64,000 nucleotides of DNA, from the IMG/VR virus record IMGVR_UViG_3300029305_011675. The stretch is one strand, 5' to 3'. Positions 1 to 9,514 of this stretch are shown here, in pieces (within the stretch, counting starts at the first letter, position 1; each line of letters begins with the position of its first letter). The stretch comes from a virus (lineage: Duplodnaviria > Heunggongvirae > Uroviricota > Caudoviricetes). The position numbers were made by a program, and so were the translations under genes. Under the pieces are notes generated by a model that searched no databases, was not told the DNA's origin, and was given only the letters and a program-made list of their open reading frames with translations.

Positions 1-972
1 TCATGCATTCAAATAACATTGTTCAATTACCTCCAATATATTCTCCGCAATTCTTCTGATAACTGGTACAGAAACAGAGTTTCCTGCTTGTTTCCATAGT
101 TTATAGTCAGTAGAATCTTTTGGAAGAATAAAACCGTTCGGAAATCCTTGGAACAAAAAACATTCTTTTGGTGTAAGTTTTCTAATACCGTGTTGAGTCA
201 AAACAAGTGGCACATTGTTGCCACCAGTACCCATATTCGCAGTCAATGTTGGACAAAGATTATGTTTGTTTTCTCTAACATATTTTCGTCTCCATTGATA
301 TACAGTATCCTTATTTGTCATACTGTTTTTTAATTCATCAAAATAACTAAATTTTTCTGTATAGTAATAACGGTCATCTATCTTTTCATCACAAACAATA
401 TCATGAATTGTTTTTGTCAAAGGAATTTCACTCGGAAAAGAAAATGGTAGATTTTCATTTTCCGTCAAAAATGCCACTATGTAAATACGTTCTCTGTTCT
501 GTGGAACATTGCCATACTTACTTGTATTCAAGACCCTGTGAAAAACCTTGTATCCCATTTTTTCAAGTTCTTGAACAATTACTTTCATTGTATTGCCATT
601 GTCGTGAGTGACGAGATTTTTTACATTCTCCAAAAAAATAACTGTTGGTTTTTTGTCTTTTGCAATTCTCACCAATTCAAAGAACAAATTTCCTCTATCT
701 TTTTTATCCTCAAATCCTTCACGATAACCCGCAATAGAAAAAGGTTGACAAGGAAAACCAGCAAGCATAACATCAAAATCTGGGAGTTCTTCTGTCTTTA
801 CATCTCTTATATCTCTGCAATCAATTAAGTTTTTATGATTTAATGAATAAGTTTTACAAGCATCTGTATCAAATTCGTTGGCATATACTGTTTCAAATCC
901 TGCTTGATTAAAACCAAAGTCGATACCACCAACGCCAGCGAAGAAACTTGCACATTTCAGCATTGTCATCAC
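1..972 (-). CDS. DNA (cytosine-5)-methyltransferase, orphan
   Basis: Motif I FFAGVGG, catalytic GFPCQPFS, ENVKNL, QNRERIY, terminal GNSVSVPV. Confidence 0.95.
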   Translation of the reverse strand: MMTMLKCASFFAGVGGIDFGFNQAGFETVYANEFDTDACKTYSLNHKNLIDCRDIRDVKTEELPDFDVMLAGFPCQPFSIAGYREGFEDKKDRGNLFFELVRIAKDKKPTVIFLENVKNLVTHDNGNTMKVIVQELEKMGYKVFHRVLNTSKYGNVPQNRERIYIVAFLTENENLPFSFPSEIPLTKTIHDIVCDEKIDDRYYYTEKFSYFDELKNSMTNKDTVYQWRRKYVRENKHNLCPTLTANMGTGGNNVPLVLTQHGIRKLTPKECFLFQGFPNGFILPKDSTDYKLWKQAGNSVSVPVIRRIAENILEVIEQCYLNA

Positions 973-1101
973 CTCTTCATAAAATTATAAAACATTATTT
1001 TCCCAATGTCAAAAAACTTATGGTTGTTTTTTTGAAAATTTTATGATATAATTATATTATATTAAAGTAAGTATTTTTCAACATAAGGAAGGAGATGTTT
1101 T

Positions 1102-1560
1102 ATGCTTTACATTATGGTTGGAATGCCTGGTTCTGGCAAATCCCATATCGCTAAATACCTTGCCAAAATGCTCAATTGTGAAATTGTCTCTTCTGACGAC
1201 AAGCGTGCTGAATGGTATGGAAATGCTGAAGACCAGTCCCACAACAAAGAATTGTTCGCCCGCATTGATGAGTTGGTTTCCAATTTGCTCGCAGAAGGAA
1301 AGAGTGTTATTTTGGATGCTACCAATATCTCTCGGAAGAGCAGACGGCGTTTCTTGCTGAAAGGCAAGCAACATAACATTGAAACTGTCGCTATTGTGGT
1401 ACATACTCCTATTGAGATTGCGAAAGCTCGCAATTTTCAGCGCGACAGAAAAGTGCCTGAATTTGTAATTGAAAGACAATATCAAAACTTCCAAATGCCT
1501 ACCAAGGAAGAGGGTTTTGATTCTGTGTTTGTTATCGACAATGTTCAGACTGAAATTTAG
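1102..1560 (+). CDS. Polynucleotide-kinase-like P-loop kinase (AAA_33)
   Basis: GMPGSGKS Walker A, SSDDKR, VILDATN, RNFQRDRKVP lid, as in T4 PNK-type kinase domains; AGGAG RBS. Confidence 0.8.
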   Translation: MLYIMVGMPGSGKSHIAKYLAKMLNCEIVSSDDKRAEWYGNAEDQSHNKELFARIDELVSNLLAEGKSVILDATNISRKSRRRFLLKGKQHNIETVAIVVHTPIEIAKARNFQRDRKVPEFVIERQYQNFQMPTKEEGFDSVFVIDNVQTEI

Positions 1561-1561
1561 C

Positions 1562-1590
1562 AAAAAGACCTGCGCAAGCAGGTCTTTTTG
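1562..1590. terminator. Intrinsic terminator
   Basis: AAAAAGACCTGC-GCAA-GCAGGTCTTTTT hairpin with T-tract. Confidence 0.8.
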
Positions 1591-1697
1591 TTTTATTTTT
1601 TTTGAAATTTTTTTTAGTATATTTTATACTTTCTGTGTTATCAGTTTAATATTTCGGCGGAATTAAATTGGTAAATAAATAGATTGGAGGATTTTTT

Positions 1698-2387
1698 GTG
1701 AATGAATTTGAAAATGAGGTCCGCCTTATAGATATAAAAAAGGACCCGCTTAATCCGCATCAGCATCAGGGTGTTCATCCTTATGTAATTATTCGTAATT
1801 ATGGAACTTGTTGCCTTGTTGCTCCTTGCACCAGCAAAACTTCAAAACGCACTCTCCCTACTCAAGTAAGAATCGCTTCTATTTGGGACAAGGAAACTAT
1901 GGTATTGCTCGAACAAATGATTACTGTTCCTGCCTGTATCGTTGCTAAGGGTAAGTTTTGCACAAAGTTGAGTGAAGAAGACATCGAGAGAGTACATAAT
2001 GCTGCCTTTATCCAACTTGGTATTCACCAAGATTTAGACAAAAATGTGATGAAAGGTTCTGTGTACTATCTGTCTCTTCCCAAATCTGAATCGTTCCATC
2101 GTGTTTCGGGTGTTCGTCCCTATATCGTGATGAGTAACGAGGCCTGCAATGCCCACTCCCCCGTGGTGCATGTATTGCCAATGTCAAAAACTCGCCATTC
2201 CGCAAAAGACCGTGAAGTCTTCGGAAAAGCTAATGGTTATGCACTGCTTGAAAACATCACCTTGATTCCCAAGGAAATGTTGAAAGACCATACCTATTAT
2301 GGCGAACTAAAAAAGGGGTCTGTGTATGCAATCAACAAAGAGATAGAAAAAATTATTAAGAATGAGCACACTTACCACAGACGCTAA
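1698..2387 (+). CDS. Tandem two-domain PemK/MazF-family endoribonuclease-like protein
   Basis: Two MazF-like repeats: QGVHPYVIIRN..VAPCTSK..LLEQMITV and GSVYY..SGVRPYIVMSN..SPVVHVLPMS..LLENITLI. Confidence 0.8.
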   Translation: MNEFENEVRLIDIKKDPLNPHQHQGVHPYVIIRNYGTCCLVAPCTSKTSKRTLPTQVRIASIWDKETMVLLEQMITVPACIVAKGKFCTKLSEEDIERVHNAAFIQLGIHQDLDKNVMKGSVYYLSLPKSESFHRVSGVRPYIVMSNEACNAHSPVVHVLPMSKTRHSAKDREVFGKANGYALLENITLIPKEMLKDHTYYGELKKGSVYAINKEIEKIIKNEHTYHRR

Positions 2388-2391
2388 ACAG

Positions 2392-2427
2392 AAAAAACAG
2401 GAAAAGCAATGGCTTTTCCTGTTTTTC
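2392..2427. terminator. Bidirectional intrinsic terminator
   Basis: AAAAACAGGAAAAGC-AATG-GCTTTTCCTGTTTTT between convergent genes. Confidence 0.8.
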
Positions 2428-2429
2428 TT

Positions 2430-4412
2430 TTAATATATATCCCAAATATCTGCTTTCTGCCTCATGTAAGAAAGTTCTCTGTCGGTAACATTTTTATTGA
2501 GACTTTCTAATACATCATCGTAATTTATAAAATGAGACAAAACGGAAGTAAAAATGTGAAATTGTGGATGCATATGTGACTTTGGAGCAAATAAATAAAG
2601 TTTTCTCTTTGCTCGTGTTAAAGCAACATATAAACATCTCAATTCTTCTGGGTCTTCTTCGCTATCTTGTGCACATTTTGGTGTAATTTGCTCAATCACA
2701 TCCATTAAAAATACAACTTCGTATTCAAGACCTTTTGCAGAATGGATGGTTGTAATATTCAACTTGTCGTCTTCATCTTTAAGTGCACTGGCGTCAAGTG
2801 TTAAATCTTCGAGAAAAGTACTTGTCCTCTTATAATCTTTTGCCATTTCATAAAGGACTTTTGTATCTTCAATGTCGTTATATGCCTTCTTTTTTCTTTC
2901 CAATTTTTCACTATCACTAATTTTGGAATTATCGATGCTTCGCTCAATTGCTCGAACATAATAGTCTTCCAAAATATATTTAAGTTGCTCGTGTAAGTCC
3001 TGTTTTTTAAGATTTGTAACAACTTCGTGAAGTTCTTCCATATATTGATGGAACTTACTTGCCTTATAGAGATTTTGCAAGACATCGAGACCATTTTCCG
3101 CTATTGATGCAGTAATTTTACTGGAATAAGTCTTACCAATACCAGGATACAATTGTAAAATACGATACATCGCAATTTCATCACTTGGGTTTACAATAAC
3201 TCTCAAAAACGACAGTACATCACGGACTACAACTTTTTCCATAAATTTTAGTCCACCAAATTTTTCGTATGGAATTCCGTTTTTTGTCAAAATATTTTCC
3301 AATCCATAAGATTGCGAAGAATTTCTCACAATGACGGCCATTTCATGATATGGAATGCCCATCCTATAACAATCGTTAATTATGTTGAAAATTTTCCATT
3401 CTTCTTCACCATTATCTTTTGTAACAATCAGTTTTGGAATCTCATCATCAAATTGTCCGTGCAACTCTTTTGGAATTCCCTCTGTTGCATAATTCATAAC
3501 ATTGTTTGCCAAATCCAAGATTTGTTGAGAACTACGGTAATTCTGATTTAACACAATCGTCTTGCAATTTGGATGTCTTTTAGAGAAAGATAGAATGTTT
3601 TCAATTCTTGCTCCACGAAAACGATAAATACTCTGATTATCGTCACCAACAACAGCGATGTTGCCGTGGTCACGACAAATTAATTCGAGAATTTCATCCT
3701 GAATAATGTTTGTATCCTGATACTCGTCAGCAGAAACATAAAGATATTGATTTCCGAGTTTTACTCGAACATGTTCAAACTGTTGTAAAATTCTTTTCGT
3801 GTACAACAACAGGTCATTATAATCAAAAAATGAGTGCTTTTTCTTATAATCAATATATCTTTCAATAATTTCTTTTATTTCTGAATAATATGCAGAATAT
3901 CCATTGTTAAGAATTACGTCTGCCAATCGTTCATTATTATTGATAGAATTTTCATAAATTGCACAAATTTCCTTTTTATTAGGGAAATCTTTTGCATCAT
4001 AAACAATTCCCTTTGCTTTTTGGTCAGCAATGAATTCTGTTTTTGCAATACTCATAACTTCTGCAGCATCAGGATTATCAATAATTGTAAAATTATTATC
4101 AACACCCATAAGATGTGCATGTTTCCTTAAAAAGTTTGCACAAAAAGAATGGAATGTAGATGCGACGATTTTCTCACCAGTTTCACCAATATGTTTTACA
4201 ATTCTATTTTTCATTTCTTTTGCCGCTTTGTTTGTAAAGGTAAGCAAAAGAATAGACTCTGGTGAAATTCCTTCATCAATCATATTTGCAACTCTTGAAA
4301 CGAGAGTAAGTGTTTTCCCCGAACCTGCACCAGCAATAATCAGCAACGGACCATTTATTGTTGTTGCCGCTTCATATTGTTCAGCATTAAGATGCTTCAA
4401 AAAATCCTTCAA
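2430..4412 (-). CDS. UvrD/PcrA-family ATP-dependent DNA helicase
   Basis: AGAGSGKT, TFTNKAA, TFHS, DEYQD, GDDNQSIYRFRGA, QNYRS, TIHSAKGLE, YVALTRA. Confidence 0.96.
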   Translation of the reverse strand: MKDFLKHLNAEQYEAATTINGPLLIIAGAGSGKTLTLVSRVANMIDEGISPESILLLTFTNKAAKEMKNRIVKHIGETGEKIVASTFHSFCANFLRKHAHLMGVDNNFTIIDNPDAAEVMSIAKTEFIADQKAKGIVYDAKDFPNKKEICAIYENSINNNERLADVILNNGYSAYYSEIKEIIERYIDYKKKHSFFDYNDLLLYTKRILQQFEHVRVKLGNQYLYVSADEYQDTNIIQDEILELICRDHGNIAVVGDDNQSIYRFRGARIENILSFSKRHPNCKTIVLNQNYRSSQQILDLANNVMNYATEGIPKELHGQFDDEIPKLIVTKDNGEEEWKIFNIINDCYRMGIPYHEMAVIVRNSSQSYGLENILTKNGIPYEKFGGLKFMEKVVVRDVLSFLRVIVNPSDEIAMYRILQLYPGIGKTYSSKITASIAENGLDVLQNLYKASKFHQYMEELHEVVTNLKKQDLHEQLKYILEDYYVRAIERSIDNSKISDSEKLERKKKAYNDIEDTKVLYEMAKDYKRTSTFLEDLTLDASALKDEDDKLNITTIHSAKGLEYEVVFLMDVIEQITPKCAQDSEEDPEELRCLYVALTRAKRKLYLFAPKSHMHPQFHIFTSVLSHFINYDDVLESLNKNVTDRELSYMRQKADIWDIY

Positions 4413-4560
4413 AGTATTATCCCCTTTCCATATTTATATACAATAATTATAACACAAATTTCGCCCTTTGTCAACGAAAACAACAGTGAAATTGTATTGC
4501 AAAAAACAGACAAAAAGGTTGACTATTTGGCTCAAATATGGTAAAATATAAGTACAGAAA

Positions 4561-4659
4561 ACAAAAAAACCAACGAATGCGGCGAACATTCGTTGGTCGA
4601 AAGAAAAATTTCAAAGTTGATACATCACAATCAACATATTATATTTCACATCATTTTTC
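4561..4659 (-). ncRNA. Putative ~100-nt antisense small RNA
   Basis: Minus-strand promoter TTGACA(4694-4689)-17-TATATT and hairpin ACCAACGAATG/CATTCGTTGGT followed by a U-tract on the minus strand; no ORF. Confidence 0.45.
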
Positions 4660-4803
4660 AGGAATAATATAACACATAATTTTCAAAATGTCAATAGGTT
4701 TTTGAAAAAAATTTGGAAATTTTTCTTTTTCTTGAGAAAAAACCTATTTTTTATGATAATTTTTAATGCATAGTACTTAACAAAATAAGAAGGAGGAATT
4801 ATT

Positions 4804-6078
4804 ATGAGTACAATTGCTATTATTTCTTTCCGTGGTGAAAGAGGTTCTTTTTTCAGCACTTGTCTCCAACCCAATCCAGTTGAATTAAAAGACATCCTTG
4901 CGAAGCATTATAATTCCGCTGAATTGGCAGAAGAACTTGTGTTGATGGGAACATCTGTTACTATCGCACCAAAACTTGCACCTTATCCCGATACACCGCA
5001 CACAATCGAAAACCCGCAAGAAGGAGTTTCTGTTTTTCTTCACAGAGATAGCAGAATTTCTGCCTGCAATGTTTATGATGAAAGCGAATTAGAAGATATT
5101 TTGGAAGGTTTTGACACTTATTATCATTATGTTTTCGAAAACAATGCATGGACATTGAGTACCATGAAAGATGGTAAAAAGAGTGCATATAAACCCATTT
5201 ACAAAGCACGACTTCTATTTACTTCTCAAAAAGGTTATCCCATTGTGCACATTTTGAATGCACCGACATCTTTCAGAGTTCATACTGACAGAAAGAGAGA
5301 TGTAAAACCGATAAATAACGGTTTGGCAGTTTCCGTAGACTATTGGTATCGTTTTGTTGATATCAATAAGGATGCATTTAACCTTCAATATGTTAGTGAT
5401 ATTGAGGTTGATGAACGTTCTGTCCCTTATTACGGTTTTGATATCGGCGATGGCCGTTCTGTGTATCGTGCAAGGTTAACAAAAGGTTTTATCGAAAACT
5501 TTTTCAATTATTATGGTTCTCGTTTGATGAGATACGAACCGAATGTAACGGATGCCACGAATTGTCTCGGCATGAAGTTGGCAGAATTTGAATCGGTTAT
5601 TATCGATTCCGATAGTCCCATGAGTGTTGGAGAAGACGCAACAATGGAAGAGTGCATTGCTATTCGTAGTGCTTGTCACGAAAATTCTACTGCATATCGT
5701 GTAATTACTGCACATATGGAAACACTTGGTTTTTCTGAAGAAGAAAAAAAGAATGTGTTGGAAGAAGTAGAATTCTACGAAAGCGAAATTTCTGAAATTT
5801 TTCAAAAGCACAAAGATGCAATTGAAGAATTTAAGAAGACACTTCCTGAAAGACCTTTTGATTGCGGTTTTACCACTGTTTACACAGTGAACTGCGATAT
5901 GAACAAAAAGTATCAGCAACTTGTTTCTATGGGTAAGCGCAACGACTGTTCTGTAAATGTAAACTTCCCCAGCGATTATTTTGGATGCAGTAACTCTTAT
6001 AAGATTCTTGAAGAGTTACGCCGTCTCTCTGGGAAAGATATTCTCAATACGATTACAGTCCGCACTATTCTCGACTAA
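4804..6078 (+). CDS. Hypothetical protein
   Basis: 424-aa ORF with AGGAGG RBS and downstream terminator. Confidence 0.8.
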   Translation: MSTIAIISFRGERGSFFSTCLQPNPVELKDILAKHYNSAELAEELVLMGTSVTIAPKLAPYPDTPHTIENPQEGVSVFLHRDSRISACNVYDESELEDILEGFDTYYHYVFENNAWTLSTMKDGKKSAYKPIYKARLLFTSQKGYPIVHILNAPTSFRVHTDRKRDVKPINNGLAVSVDYWYRFVDINKDAFNLQYVSDIEVDERSVPYYGFDIGDGRSVYRARLTKGFIENFFNYYGSRLMRYEPNVTDATNCLGMKLAEFESVIIDSDSPMSVGEDATMEECIAIRSACHENSTAYRVITAHMETLGFSEEEKKNVLEEVEFYESEISEIFQKHKDAIEEFKKTLPERPFDCGFTTVYTVNCDMNKKYQQLVSMGKRNDCSVNVNFPSDYFGCSNSYKILEELRRLSGKDILNTITVRTILD

Positions 6079-6108
6079 AAGAAAACAGTCTCCGAAAGGA
6101 GACTGTTT

Positions 6109-6732
6109 TTATTTGTTCTTGTATTTTTTCAAAGCATTACAAATAAGTGAACCAGTTGTATTTCCAAGTGTAGAAATTATTAAAAAAATGATTTTGTCTA
6201 CCCAATGTCCATTTGTTACAGCACAATAATACATATTGGCAACACAGTGTTCAAAACCACATATAATAAAAAGTGGTATCAAAAACACAAGACCAAGGTA
6301 TTTACCAAACTCGTGTTGATTATTCTTAAAATTTTCAACTGCTAAAAATATAATAATACCACACAAAATTGCCAAAATAAACACACTTAAATGTGTTTGA
6401 GATAATTTTGCTTCAACAATAGTTGTACTTTTTTCACTAATTTTATTATATAAAGCAGAAAATCTTGTCATCATTGCTAATGTAAATGCACCTGCAAGAT
6501 TCCCAAACCACATTAAAATGAGATTCAAACTATATTTATAATCATTGTCTGCGATATATGCAACCTTGCCAGTAAAAAGGTCATAACCTCTTGTTAAAAC
6601 CAAAAATAACCCAGTTGTAAAGAATACTGCTCCTACAACTGGGTTTTGCGATATCAAATTGATTAAGCAACCAAGTGCTATTACAAAACCAGCAAGGAAA
6701 GCAAGAACAAAATTTTTAGAAATTGTTTTCAC
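6109..6732 (-). CDS. Formate/nitrite transporter (FNT) family protein
   Basis: Hydrophobic helices, LFTG, WFGNLAG, FIICGFEHCVANM, TLGNTTG motifs. Confidence 0.9.
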   Translation of the reverse strand: MKTISKNFVLAFLAGFVIALGCLINLISQNPVVGAVFFTTGLFLVLTRGYDLFTGKVAYIADNDYKYSLNLILMWFGNLAGAFTLAMMTRFSALYNKISEKSTTIVEAKLSQTHLSVFILAILCGIIIFLAVENFKNNQHEFGKYLGLVFLIPLFIICGFEHCVANMYYCAVTNGHWVDKIIFLIISTLGNTTGSLICNALKKYKNK

Positions 6733-7258
6733 TATTTATCACCCTCACCAATGGATACAATTCTGTATCTAATTCATATTTTGATTTAGGAAAAGCCAAA
6801 TTGCTCTTTCCGTTTTTGCTCGAAACAATATAATATGGTTCTCCTATTTTTGAATATTTATATTCGACGAATTCAACAGTTATGCTTTCGCCAGTCTTAA
6901 ATGTGAAACCATCAAATACTAATTCATAGTAAGTACTATCTCTGACATGATTTTTTGTTTTTCCGACAAGTATGTCTTCGTATATTACAAAATCTTTATT
7001 TTTTATTGGTTTCACATCTCTTAAAATACTTAATATATTCTTTAGACCAAAAAGCCAAATGAAAAGAAAACCAAAAACAAGTGTAAAAATTGAAGTACCC
7101 AAAATACTTTCCCAAGTAATTTCATAACTCAAACCACTTGTAAGGCAAACAGTGCATGCCAAAATTCCTGCAAAAAAGAAAATGCTAAAAAGAAAGCAAT
7201 TTCTCTTATAATTTGTGTTTTTTAAGATTTCTTTTATGTTTAATATTTTTCTTTCCAT
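6716..7258 (-). CDS. Hypothetical membrane protein (2 TM)
   Basis: ATG at 7258 after GGAGG; two hydrophobic segments. Confidence 0.7.
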   Translation of the reverse strand: MERKILNIKEILKNTNYKRNCFLFSIFFFAGILACTVCLTSGLSYEITWESILGTSIFTLVFGFLFIWLFGLKNILSILRDVKPIKNKDFVIYEDILVGKTKNHVRDSTYYELVFDGFTFKTGESITVEFVEYKYSKIGEPYYIVSSKNGKSNLAFPKSKYELDTELYPLVRVINSENNF

Positions 7259-7385
7259 ATCGTTCCTCCTTTGTTTTTTTAAAAAAATAATACAATTTTC
7301 GAAAGTGTTTTTCAAGTTTTTTCTTTTTCATTGACATTTAACTTTTTTTGTTGTATAATAATCTAAAACACAATGGAGGTTAGTT

Positions 7386-7772
7386 ATGCAGGATTTTTAT
7401 GATGAAGTACCAAAGCACAAAAAGAAAAAAGACGGGAAATCAAAGTCCAACAGACGTAGTTCCCATAAACACGAATACGAAGATATTTTATTAAGTGGTT
7501 GGTTATTTGGTTTTTCTTGGACAGAAAGATGCAAGATTTGTGGTAGATTAAAAAGCAAATCTTATTCTGCTGCAAAAGAAGGTCTTATGAAACCACGAAC
7601 TCATAAATATATTTCTAATGCAGATTATTACACTGCGGAAGAATTGCATGAGAAATTTCCAGATGTCGATATATATGTAAGAAAGCGCAATGACGATGGT
7701 TCGCTTTCGTTCGAAGACCATGACATCGAAAAAATAGAATTTACAAACCCCGAAGGAGTTGAAAACTTATGA
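7386..7772 (+). CDS. Hypothetical protein
   Basis: TTGACA..TATAAT promoter and GGAGG RBS; basic N-terminus, H..CKIC motif. Confidence 0.7.
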   Translation: MQDFYDEVPKHKKKKDGKSKSNRRSSHKHEYEDILLSGWLFGFSWTERCKICGRLKSKSYSAAKEGLMKPRTHKYISNADYYTAEELHEKFPDVDIYVRKRNDDGSLSFEDHDIEKIEFTNPEGVENL

Positions 7773-8323
7773 ATGTAGCAGAAGTCGTAATGATAGGAAT
7801 GCTTTGTTTTGTTTTTATCGCATTGGTTTGCACATTAATATATATATTCCAGCCAAAATATAAGAAATCTTTCAGAATGTTTGAGAAAAAGGTAAAAGAA
7901 CCAAAACAGGCAAAAAATGCATCTGCCGAAACACCAGCAACAGCTACTTATTCAATTGAATGCAGACCAATTATGAAAGAACACGAGTTAACTTCTTTTG
8001 AGAGATTGAGTCATGCATTGAGAAATAAAGGTGTATTTATTATTCCTAAAATCAATTTTTCTGATTTTATCCAAATCAAAAATACAGAAGCAAATGCTAA
8101 AAATCCAATTTACTCAATTTTACCATATTTAAAAGCGGATTTTCTGTTATGTAGTTTGACAACAGGCAAACCCATTTGTATTGTCCGAAACACAAAAACG
8201 CCTATGGAAAATGCCAATCAAACTCACATGAAAAACATTGCTACTGCACTAAAAATCCAATACATCGAAGTTGAAGGTATTGATGATAAGACGATTGTTG
8301 AAATTTACAACAAAATTAGATAA
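7769..8323 (+). CDS. DUF2726-like membrane-anchored protein
   Basis: N-terminal TM followed by P(I)M..E..F..L, IIPKINFSDFI, ADFLLC pattern. Confidence 0.6.
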   Translation: MNVAEVVMIGMLCFVFIALVCTLIYIFQPKYKKSFRMFEKKVKEPKQAKNASAETPATATYSIECRPIMKEHELTSFERLSHALRNKGVFIIPKINFSDFIQIKNTEANAKNPIYSILPYLKADFLLCSLTTGKPICIVRNTKTPMENANQTHMKNIATALKIQYIEVEGIDDKTIVEIYNKIR

Positions 8324-8400
8324 CATTAAGGGTTCTGCTTTTTGCAGAACCCTTTTAAAATGCAAAAACAGGAGTTTTCAAACTCCTGTTTTTTATGTTT

Positions 8401-8826
8401 TTACTCTGCGGAAGCAGGACGACCTTCGGCGGGAGCCCAATCGCTTGCACGAATGGTAATGCCGATGCCAGTAGTTCCATCTTCCTTTTCAAATGTACGG
8501 CAGGACAAAGCACCAACAAGGAATACACGAGCAGTCTCTCTATCGCCGAGATACTTGCCGATTCTGTCAGACTTGCTGTCCCAGAAGGTTACATCAACCC
8601 ATACGTTGCCGTATTCGTCAGGTGTAATCGTCTGTCCGAGAACTGCAGAAAGAACATTGGAACGATTTGCGATGCGAGCACGAGCGGTAGTCAACTTTGT
8701 ACCGTTAACTTCCTTCTGCTTAAAGTTAGACAACTTTACGACAGTGGAAACACCGATAAACTCGCCTCCGTTGTAACTGATGCACTTGTTACAGTTCAAA
8801 AATGTGGAATACTTCTTTTCATCCAT
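8401..8826 (-). CDS. Single-stranded DNA-binding (OB-fold) protein-like
   Basis: VWVDVTFWD, VFLVGALSCRTFEKEDG resemble SSB strands; lacks the acidic C-terminal tip. Confidence 0.65.
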   Translation of the reverse strand: MDEKKYSTFLNCNKCISYNGGEFIGVSTVVKLSNFKQKEVNGTKLTTARARIANRSNVLSAVLGQTITPDEYGNVWVDVTFWDSKSDRIGKYLGDRETARVFLVGALSCRTFEKEDGTTGIGITIRASDWAPAEGRPASAE

Positions 8827-8902
8827 GGTAATCAATCTCCTTTGAATTTTTTCTATTTTACACCCGACTTTCGGGTTGTATACATATTATAACAGAAAAA
8901 AA

Positions 8903-8928
8903 TCACTTTGTCAATAGAGACAAAGTGA
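8903..8928 (-). terminator. Terminator of tRNA operon (overlaps -35 of the SSB-like gene promoter)
   Basis: TCACTTTGTC/GACAAAGTGA hairpin followed by a U-tract on the minus strand. Confidence 0.65.
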
Positions 8929-8940
8929 AATTTTCAAGCA

Positions 8941-9057
8941 CCAAATAGGTGTGCACCCACATCTACACCACGGATTCGAACCGAGCCTCCAAAAGTGTGC
9001 TTTGAACCTTTGGTATGCAACCATACACCTACGAGTTGAACGTTTCTTCCTATTTGT
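8941..9057 (-). ncRNA. Degenerate tRNA-like element
   Basis: D-like arm GTGT-ATGGTT-GCAT, stem CCAAA/TTTGG with 15-nt loop, T arm CGG-TTCGAAT-CCG; no normal acceptor stem or CCA, but distal CAAATAGG/CCTATTTG pairing. Confidence 0.45.
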
Positions 9058-9058
9058 C

Positions 9059-9161
9059 TGGTATTGTCAACAGGAATCGAACCTGTGTCTCCGAGAGTAT
9101 CGCTGTTAATGTTTACGATTATACTGCTTCCCTCAGTGTCTTACCACTTGACCATAACAAC
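9059..9161 (-). ncRNA. tRNA-like RNA with 36-nt insert in place of the anticodon loop
   Basis: Acceptor GTTGTTA/TGACAAT-A-CCA, D arm GTC/GAC, stem CTGAG/CTCGG, T arm ACAGG-TTCGATT-CCTGT. Confidence 0.75.
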
Positions 9162-9164
9162 ATA

Positions 9165-9506
9165 TGGTGCCGCTGACGGGACTCGAACCCGTACGCCCTT
9201 ACGGACACAAGATTTTCCTGCTACTTTTGCTTATGATTTCGCAAACCATCATCACTGATGTTGTAGTCTGGAACATGTCTTTACCATGTCTTTGCAGATT
9301 TAGGTAGTAGGTCTATGTTCTCTACACATTTACAACCAAAAGGTTGATTTAGCACGGCGTTCCCATCGAACTCTTCGCCGTTTTAGCCTACTCCACTCAT
9401 AAGGTTTCCCCTATGAGGCTCCATCTCGCATTAAGCGAGACCGACTCGTTAAACAAGTCTTCGATGGACAGAAGTCTTGGGTGTCTGCCAATTCCACCAC
9501 AGCGGC
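9165..9506 (-). tRNA. trnL: tRNA-Leu(UAA) interrupted by a group I intron (exons 9506-9472 and 9216-9165)
   Basis: Joined exons give GCCGCTG..CAAGA-CT-TAA-AA-TCTTG, long variable arm, ACGGG-TTCGAGT-CCCGT, CAGCGGC-A-CCA. Confidence 0.92.
9217..9471 (-). ncRNA. Group I intron (255 nt, no ORF)
   Basis: 5' exon ends in U and intron ends in G; P2 CTCATAGGG-GAAA-CCTTATGAG, P3 AGTAGG/CCTACT, P4 ACGGCG/CGCCGT, P6 CAACC/GGTTG, P7 GAACAT/ATGTTC with R-like GTAGAGAACATA and S-like AAGACATGTTCC. Confidence 0.88.
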
Positions 9507-9514
9507 ATATTCAA

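Noticed and set aside
1-972. Complete restriction-modification system
   Set aside because: No nuclease gene is visible next to any MTase, although the region downstream of this gene lies outside the window.
8342-8892. Plus-strand ORFs 8342-8776 and 8395-8892
   Set aside because: Antisense shadows of the SSB-like gene, which has the RBS and promoter.
8941-9057. Y RNA (YrlA) identity for the degenerate tRNA-like element
   Set aside because: Arm order is D-anticodon-T as in ordinary tRNA, not the permuted YrlA arrangement, and no Ro60/Rsr gene is in the window.
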